Positions 55,433-64,000 of a stretch of 64,000 nucleotides of DNA are shown here, piece by piece (the stretch's first letter is position 1; each line of letters begins with the position of its first letter). The DNA is from a virus. The translations under genes and the position numbers were made by a program. The stretch lies in IMG/VR virus record IMGVR_UViG_3300045988_147571. One strand, 5' to 3'. The notes under the pieces were generated by a model. The model saw only the letters and a program-made list of their open reading frames with translations. It was not told where the DNA came from and did not search any database.

Positions 55433-58400
55433 GAATGAAGATGGAGAAATTTTACCGCAATCACGAAGAGCTCAACGTAATGCTGCTATAGCGAAAGGTT
55501 ATGTAGAAGCCAATAAAAATTGGCAAGCATATTCAGATGATTTAGAAGTTCTTAAAGAGCTTAACAAGCAACTTGATAATAATGGTCAGGCCATTACAGA
55601 CAACGAGCAACGTATGGCCAAAGCAAATGAAGTAACGAAGAATGCTAGTCAAAGAGCTAAAGATTATGGTAAACAAATGGCCACTAATGCTAAGACTCTC
55701 ACTGATTTTAAAAGAGAAAATGAGGTAGAGAAACCTGATCAACAGAAACAAGGGAAATGGTCCGATGGTCTAAAAAGTATGGCATCTGCAGGTCTCTCAA
55801 TGATTGGCAATGCTTTTATTTCCGCTGGTGTTGGAATGCTTGTGCAAGGAGCTTTCTCATTGCTTGGTAAAGGCATTGACGCTTTCGTTCATAAAAATGA
55901 GAACTTAATTGCTAAAGGTCAAGAAGCAAAAGAATCCATTCAATCCCAAACTAAAGCCTATGAAGACCAGAAAGCATCTCTTGGAGAACTTACTTCCAAA
56001 TACACAGAATTATCTAAAGGCGTAAAAATATCTGGTAATTCTATTAAAAATATTAGTCTTACAGATGATGAATATAAGGATTTCTTAAATACAAGTAATC
56101 AGATTGCTGCCGCAGCACCTAGTCTCACACGTTCATGGGACTCCCAGGGTAATGCCATTCTTAATGCTGGGACTAATGCTGAGGATTTAAACACTCAGAT
56201 TAATGATTACTTGAAGTTACAGAGGAACCTTACTTACTATGATACTAAGAAAAATATTAGTAATCAGTATGAGGGATATGAAACTGCTTTAGGTACTAAC
56301 GAGCGTCAAAAAAATGATTACAAAGATAAATATGATGCAGCAAAATTTAAAGTTAATTCTATGCAGAATTTTTCGAATATGCTTAAAAAGCAAAAAAAAG
56401 GAGAAGATACCTTTAGCTACACATTGGATCAAGCTGCATATGATGCACTCGGCAATACCTTTGGAAAAGCAATAAAAAACTATACACAATCTGCTGATGG
56501 TCAAACAATAACTTTGGAATTTGATGGCAAACAATTAGATTTTCTTAACAACGAAGCAGCCAACATATTAAGTTCTGATAGTAGTGAACTTCAAGAAGCT
56601 CATACCAATTTAGTTAATACACAAGAATCTATAGATGCAGCAAAAAGAGAAATGGTTTCTTCTATCAAGTCAATGGCAAGCACTATTGATTCTTTTGATA
56701 GCTGGGACGATCAAGATAAAGCATCAGAATTTCAATCACAGTTGAATAGTATGCTTAATTCTACGGACAATACCAGATTGCTTAATGATTTTAAAGAATC
56801 CGGTAAAGATATGGACACATGGCTTCGCAATAACATTGTGAACCCTATGTCAACTGCAAATTCAGATGAACAAAAACTTTGGGAACAAGCATTTGAAATG
56901 GAGCCTAAAGATAAAGAAACAGTTCAAGAATTTGCCGCTCGTAGAAATAATCTTTTCGATCAGATTGCTGCTATTTCTGACAGTGATTTTTGGGATAGAG
57001 ATACACTTGGAGAAGCTTTTGGCTTTAACCATACAGAATATGATGATAATGGAAAAGCTGAATTTGTATGGGAAAATCAAGATAAGTTAAATCGAATACA
57101 AGACGCATTGAAAAATGCAAAAGCCAGTAAAACAAAAGGCGATGCTTCTGATGTAAGAACAGATCTTAATAATATGACCCCTGATGAGTTGGACATAGCT
57201 GTACAAGTTATTACTGACTCAGATGCTTTAACTTCTATAGATTCTTTTTATGAGGCATTCGAAAAGGCTAAACAAGCAGCTAAAAATATGAGTGATCAGG
57301 CAGCCGTTTCTTTAGATTCAATGGAAACTAAAGTATCAACTGCTAAGTCTACTCTTTCTTCTATGGGAACTATTCTTACAGAGACTACTTCTGCAGGCGG
57401 AGTTTCTAAAGACAATGTTAAGATTCTTTCTACTGCTTTCAAAAATGTGAAAGACCCTCGTGGCATTGAGCAAAATGTTAATGATTTATTCACCACTACT
57501 TCTGATGGTATCAAACTAAACATAGATGCTTTGAAAACCTTTACGGAATATCAGACTGAAGCCACTGATGGAGATTTCGAAAAGGGTATTAAGTTACAGA
57601 CTAAAGCTATTGCCGAGCAAGCAGAAGAAACAGATAAAGCTTGGAAAGCTATTGCTAAAGCCGATGACAAGGAAGCAGCTAGAGCAACTTATAACGCAGA
57701 AAAAGATAAATTAAAAGATGCTAGAAACGAATATTTATCTTATATGCAATCTCAGTCTGAATGGCAAGCAACTAAGAAACAGCAACAGGAACTTCTTTCT
57801 TATTATTCTCAGTGGCAACGTGCCCAGAGTACGGAGAATGCCGGAGATAAATATAATAACATTGTTGCCGGACTAAAAAATGCTAAAGATGCATATGATA
57901 AAGGTCTTGTAGGTACAGATGATTTTAAATCATTTGCTGCTCTTATTTCTCCTACAGGTTCAGATGATAGAGCAAACTTTGCAGAGAATTATGGTAAAGC
58001 TGTAAGATACCTCACAGAAGATAAGACAGGTGTTAATAATTTCTTAGCTGATCTTAAATCTAAGGGTATGGCATCTTATGATGATGCAAGTAAAAGATGG
58101 TCATTTGACATAGATGATATGAGTAAAGCCGCTCGATCAATGGGAATCAGCAAAGAATTCATGAGTGCTAACTTCGGTCGTCTTCGTGATTATGGCATTG
58201 ATAATAATTTTATATCATCTACAGAAGAAGGTATAGATAGGGTTCAGGAACTTACTTCTGCTCTTTCAGACGAACAAAAACGACTTGAAGAATTAAAGAA
58301 TACGGATAGCACCAATACTACTGCTATTACTGCTTCTGAGGACAAAGTTAATAAATATAAACAGGATTTAAAAGAAACCTATGATAATATGGGTGACTAC

Positions 58401-61400
58401 TCTGAAGATGCTGCACAGACTGCTGTTGATAATTTTAATTCGGCAGCAATGGGTGTACAATCATATCAGAATGCAATAGAAAATGTTAAAAAGAATGAGA
58501 ATCTGACAGAAGCTCAAAGAACTTCTGCAATTAATCAATTAATAGCTAAACAGGAAGAATTAGCTGCCACTTACGGTACTACTGTTAAAGAATTATTAGG
58601 AGCAGATGTATCTTCATTAATGGATGGCATTATAACAGATTCTGCTTCTGTTACTACTGCTCTTGATGGTATCAATAAAGCATATGAAGAACAGAACACA
58701 GATGTTACTTCTTTAGTTGACACTCTTGGAAAATATACTTCTGAACAGTTAGAAGGTATAGATTTCAATGATGGTAAGTGGGATACTGAATTAGGCGATG
58801 CTGAAAAAGCTGTTGAGTCTTTATGTGAGAAGCTTGGTTTAACAAAAGACCAAGCTCGTTCTGTTATTGAGGCTTTAAAAGAAGCTGGTAAATTAAAAGA
58901 TTCTGAGGAAAGTAGTGATTCCTCTAAAGAAACTACTAAGGGGTCTTGGGAGAAACCACAGACTGCTGAACAGATGGGATTCGGTGATGATCCTGACAGA
59001 GCTGCTGAATATACACATTCATTGGAAGCTCTTACTGCTGCCCATAAAGAAAATGATGCCGCTACTGAAAAGTCATTTGAAACCCTTTCTAAATATAATC
59101 GTACACAATTAGAGGGTATCAAATTAAATGATGGTGCTTATAATGTTGAGGGTATAGAACAGGCTGAAGATGCCATACAACAGTTAGCAGATAAGACTCA
59201 GTTGTCTAAAGATCAGATTCTTACTGCTCTTGAAGGTCTTGGTGTTTTGAAAGTTAATGCTCCTACTATGGATGCGACAAAAGGTTTGGAAGATTTAGTT
59301 TCTGAGGCTAAAGATGCACAGGACGAATTGTCTGATCTTACTGGTAAAACATACACATTTGATTTTGATACTACTGATTTAGATACTGCTCATAAACAGG
59401 TAGCTGACCTGCAGGAAGAAGTAAATAAATATAGAGATCGTGATGGTAAATACCATCCAGAGATTACTGGCGGAGAACAGGTGCAATCAATGTACAAAGC
59501 CGCTATTGCTCAAGAACAGAATGCTGAATATAGTTCTTCTGCTATTGGACAGTCTAGTTTATCATCAGATGTCGTACAAGCTGCTCAAGATTTTATGACA
59601 GCTAAGAATGAAATGGATCAGCAAACTCAACTTTATCAAAATGGAATGGATAATACTCTTGATAAAGCTACAGAGAAAGCTAACGCCGCATTTGAATCTT
59701 TACAACAAGCTCAAACTGATTCGGGTATTGAACTTGTAGATACTAATAATATTCAAAAAGCTGAAAATCAGTTACTTTCTATGACTGATAAAGATTTACA
59801 GGCTAAAATAGATGTTCAAGCAGATACAAGCGATGCCGAAGCAGAATTAGATGTCCTAGAAGAATTGGACGGATCTACACTTAAGCTTACTTGCGAATTA
59901 TCGGATGAAGATAGTTTTGAACGAGCTAAATCTGCTATTGAATCTATGCCAGCTAACACCGTTACAACCGTAGATATGGAAGTTAATGGTGAAGAGGATG
60001 TAGAGAAAGCAACAGAGCTTATTGAATCGGCACCTACTGATGGTACTGAGCTAGTTGTTAACTGTCATGTTGATAATGCTGAAGACTTAGATAAAATAAA
60101 TGAAGCTGCTGCAACTGCCAAAGCAAACGGAGCAAATATTAAAATAAACGCTACTGTTGGTGAAGTGGATGCTTCAACTGCTACGAGTACAGAACCTGTT
60201 AAAATGACAGGTGAAATAGAAAGTGCAGAATATACTGGCGCTCCAGTTGAAATAGAAGCTACAGCAAATATTACTAATGTGACTAATGGTGATTCCGCAG
60301 AAGTTAATCCTACAATAAATACGGATGAAGTGGATAACTATACTGTCGATGACAAAGAAGTAAATGTTGATTTTAAAAAGAATTCAGATGAAGTTGATAA
60401 TTATCAACCGGACGATAAAGATGCAACTGCCTATTATGGAGTAGATTCTTCAGCACCAGATAGTTATCAGCCGAGTGATAAAGATGCATATATCACGTAT
60501 CATATACGTGTTGAAGGAGGAATAGCTGCTGGCATTCCAAATAGTCCTTCTGGAGGATCTGGTGGTTCTTTTGCTACAGGTACAATGGCATCAGTTGCTC
60601 GTGCAGATGGTACAATGTACAATGCACCTTGGAACTATCAACTTCTCTCTTCTGCTTTTGCAAAAGGAGATGCTGCTTTACATAAAGACGAAAAAGCGTT
60701 AGTAAACGAAGTCGGGACCGAATCTATTGTGCGTGACGGTACTTGGTTTACGATTCCTGGCGGAGCACATCTTGAGAATCTTAAAAAAGGAGATATTATT
60801 TTCTCTGCTCAACAGACTAAAGATTTACTTGAACATGGCGCAACACCGGGACATGCTAGAACTTATGCACAAGGCACAGCCCCAGGATTAAGTATCTCTC
60901 CTGCTTTCTCATCTGGTTCTAGTTCTTCTACTAACACAGAATTAGATAACAAAATCAAAGAAGTTAGTACTCAGGCAAAAGACTGGATAGACGTAGCTCT
61001 TGATCGTTTAGAGAGAATCGTTGAAAAATACAAAGACACTGCTGAAAGTGACTATTCCAACTATAGAGCTTCTATTAAGGCTTACAATTCAGCACTTAAA
61101 AATCTTAAAAACCAATTAAAGACTCAAAAAGATTCCAGAGCAAAGTATGTAACTAAAGCAGACGAAGTCGCTTCTGCTGTCGGATTGTCTGACGATTTAA
61201 AAAAGAAGGTTCAAAATGGTACTATCAATATAGAGAACCTGTCAGAAGATGATAAAAAACGTGTTGATGCATATCAGGAATGGTATGAAAAAATCTTAGA
61301 CTGTGACAAAGCTATACGTCAGCTCACTATTTCGCAGAAAGATTTAGCTAAAGCTAAAGTTGATCGGGTTACTGAAGCTTATGACACTGTTATAGGCAAA

Positions 61401-64000
61401 CGTGAAAGTAAAGCTGAATATTACAAAGCAAAACAGGAATTAAGAATCACTCAAGGTTACAATCAGAAACCTGGATCTATTTATGAGAAGTATATAAAAA
61501 ATGAACTTTCTTATACTAATAAACAGAAGAAACTTACTGATAAGGAAATAAAAACCTATAAAGGTAAGATGAAAGAATATCTTGCAGAAAATGGTCATAA
61601 AACTGTTGATCCTGAATATCAGAAAATGAAGAAACAGCTTTATGATCTGGAAACCTCAGCTGTTAAATTAGAGAATGAAGCCGCACAGTTAAGACAGGCT
61701 CTACAAGATAATCGTGAACAGATTAAACAATGGGCGGTTGACCGTTGGGAAAGAGCTGGTAGTAAACAAGATGCAGTAATTAATTATAAGACTGTTTCTG
61801 ATGATCCAAACTATCAGATCAAGGAAAAGGATTACACTGAGAGAATCAAAACAAATAATCGTCAGATTATAGCTTTACAGAAGTTGAGAGCAGAAAAAGC
61901 TGAGTACTATGACAGTTATTTTAAGAGCGGAAACAACGAAGAAGCTCAGAAATATCTTGAAGCTATTGCTCAGATTGACGAACAGATTCTAAAACTTGGA
62001 GCTAGTACAGAAGAGTTAAAGAATCAAATCATGGAACTTCGTTGGAAGCCATTTGAAGATATTCAAGATGACCTTTCTAATGTAATCAGTGAGTATCAAA
62101 CCATGCAGAAGCTTCTTGGTGATACAGAAAGTTTCTACAATGACGATGGATCTTTCACTGAAAATGGTTTGACAAATATCCTTCTTTTACAGGAATCTAT
62201 TGATGTTACTAAGCAGAAAATAGCTAACTATAGAGAAGCTTTAGACAAACTAGATGAACAGTATAAGAATGGTTGTTATAGTCAGGAAGAATATACTGAG
62301 AAATCTAAAGAGCTATTAAACGGATTACAGCAAGAGTCTGCTGCCCTCTCTGATTTGCAACAGAATATGCTTACAATGTATGAGACTCAGGTTAAAACTG
62401 AGAATGATCTCTTACAGAAAAATATTGATAAGCGTTTGGAAGCTCTTGATGCTAAAGAGAAGTATTATGAGTATGATAAGACTTTGAAAAAGAAGTCTAA
62501 AGATATTAATACTCTGAAGGCACAGATAGCAGCCCTTGAAGGAACAAGCAATGCTGCTGCCAAAGCCCGTTTAGAAAAATTAAAGGCTGAATTAGCAGAA
62601 TCTGAAGAGGATATGCAAGATACTGTTCATAATCATGAAACTGAAATGAAGAAAACAGGTTTTGAGAATCTTCAATCAGATGCTGAGAAAGCTCTTGATA
62701 ATACCTTAGATGCACTGAAAAAGAATACCAATTTTCAGCAAGCAGTTATTGGTAATATGTTATCCAATGTAACTGCTAATTATGATAGTACCTATAGTCA
62801 TCTGCATGATGTTATGGATCAATATGGAGTACAGGTGTCTACTACATTTGATAAGATGATTACTAAGTCTGCTAATTTTAATACGTCCTTAGTAGCACAG
62901 ACTAAAGCTATGCAAGATGTTATTAATATGGCTACTAAACTTCCTGCCAATCTTGGCGGGACTGCTACTGACATTGTAAATAATACTGCTAAAGTTAATG
63001 GTACTTCAACCGGAGCCGGTAATGTAACGCCGGGAAAAGTAAATGATACGACTTACTCTCTGAAGTTAAATGCATCAGAAATTTATCTAACATACAGTCA
63101 TTTGAAATATTCATTGAAAGCTACATGGTCTCCAAGTAAACCGGAACACTCTGATATTGAATGGTCGAGTACAGATAAATCAGTTGCAAAGGTCTCAACT
63201 TCTGGTGTTGTTACAGGTGTAGCTGCGCCACTTAGTAAACTTGGATTAATGTCAAGAGATGAATCTTTGACTAGAAAATGTAAGATTATTGCAAATGGTG
63301 GTCCGGGTCTTGCAAAAGCTGAGTGTACGGTACATATTATGCCAGATGAACATTATAATGCCATTAAGCAATATGCTGATAAAGTTGGCATCGATACTTC
63401 TAAAGAAGGCAATAATCTTAGAGATGCTATGGAATACGCTTATAAAAATGGTGCATTCCGAAGCAATCAGTCAAGTACCGCTGTTGAAGGATTCCAGAAA
63501 GCTTATCTAAAAGACTGGTTTAATGCTCTTCCAGACCGTCCTAACGGTGCAACGGATGTTCCTAGTGGAGTTAGTCAGCTAGCTGGATATTTCTATTCCA
63601 AAGGTAAACAAGTCACACGTAATGATATGCAGAAACTTGCTGATATCCTTCAGATTAAAACTCCGGGAGTTGGAAGTTATGATACCTGGGGTGGCACACT
63701 TAAAAATAAGATTCTGAAAGCATACAAAGCTTATGGTTATGCTACTGGTGGCGTAATCAATAGACTTGTTCCTGCCAATATGGAAACACTCTTAGGTAAA
63801 GCAATCATCTCCAATGGAGATCAAGGTTTTATTGGCGCTAAAGTTGGAGAAACCGTAATGACTGAAGAGTTCACTCGTTTGCTCAAACCTTCTATTGCTG
63901 CAATGAGCGACTTTACCAATATGTTTAACCCAACTACTCCTATTGCTACCACAAATAATGATTATTCTATCAACAATGAGGTAAACATTAATGTAGCAAG
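55422..64000 (+). CDS. Tape measure protein, exon 2 (at least 2859 codons, open at the right edge)
   Basis: This frame starts VFAKNEDGEILPQ. It has no listed ORF because no stop falls in the window. Spot-translated at 55.4, 60.5 and 63.9 kb without stops. A Big_2-like segment lies near 63.0-63.2 kb. Confidence 0.7.

Noticed and set aside
58571-59122. 183-aa Ser-rich minus-strand ORF, plus the other small ORFs listed between 55.5 and 63.5 kb
   Set aside because: All lie inside the continuous tape-measure reading frame, in antisense or off-frame positions.
1-64000. Stop-codon reassignment (TAA or TAG read as sense), suggested by the in-frame stops at 21934 and 14817
   Set aside because: All long genes, including the >2,800-codon tape-measure exon, TerL, portal and RNAP, are intact under the standard code. 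None of the tRNAs I could fold has a suppressor anticodon. Isolated lesions are a better explanation.
1-64000. Diversity-generating retroelement or retron as the source of paralog diversity
   Set aside because: No reverse transcriptase motif (YxDD) was found in any ORF, and no template/variable repeat pair was noticed.

Overview
AT-rich window from a large tailed phage or prophage of a Firmicutes-type host, judged from AGGAGG-type Shine-Dalgarno (SD) sites, TTGACA/TATAAT promoters and tightly coupled small genes. No rRNA, CRISPR array, integrase or reverse transcriptase is visible.

Layout:
- (1) 1-19.7 kb: a leftward (minus-strand) early arm of about 55 mostly small genes. It includes a radical-SAM-like enzyme, a P22 Ant-like antirepressor, a ParB-like protein, a metallopeptidase, and three arrays of roughly 80-100 aa paralogs.
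- (2) 19.7-22.2 kb: a non-coding control region. It holds tandem leftward consensus promoters, an unlisted 58-aa ribbon-helix-helix gene, nested palindromes, an iteron-like cluster and one rightward extended -10 promoter.
- (3) 22-33 kb: a rightward arm with a BRO-N protein, a YonO/RdRP-like single-subunit RNA polymerase, PIN-PhoH, a ClpP-like protease, two HU paralogs, and a cluster of four tRNAs plus one doubtful tRNA-like element.
- (4) 34-64 kb: the morphogenesis module. It runs from the putative small terminase through TerL, portal, scaffold, major capsid and tail genes to a tape-measure gene that runs off the right edge.

Most notable observations:
- Four self-splicing elements interrupt essential genes, each at a junction I could reconstruct by hand. 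These are group I introns in the RNAP catalytic DxDGD motif, in the major capsid gene and in the tape-measure gene, plus an intein with class-3 hallmarks in the TerL P-loop.
- The tape-measure intron is the oddest. Its P9 loop carries a 1.4-kb antisense cassette with its own promoter, encoding a zinc-ribbon protein, a HEPN (Rx4H) protein and a 36-aa Cys peptide instead of a homing endonuclease.
- About 20 early small proteins of at least three unrelated folds share a C-terminal L-I-x-R-R-Q tail. Its AGG AGR codons are the SD of the next, translationally coupled gene.

Function calls rest on motif recognition by eye; no database search was possible.
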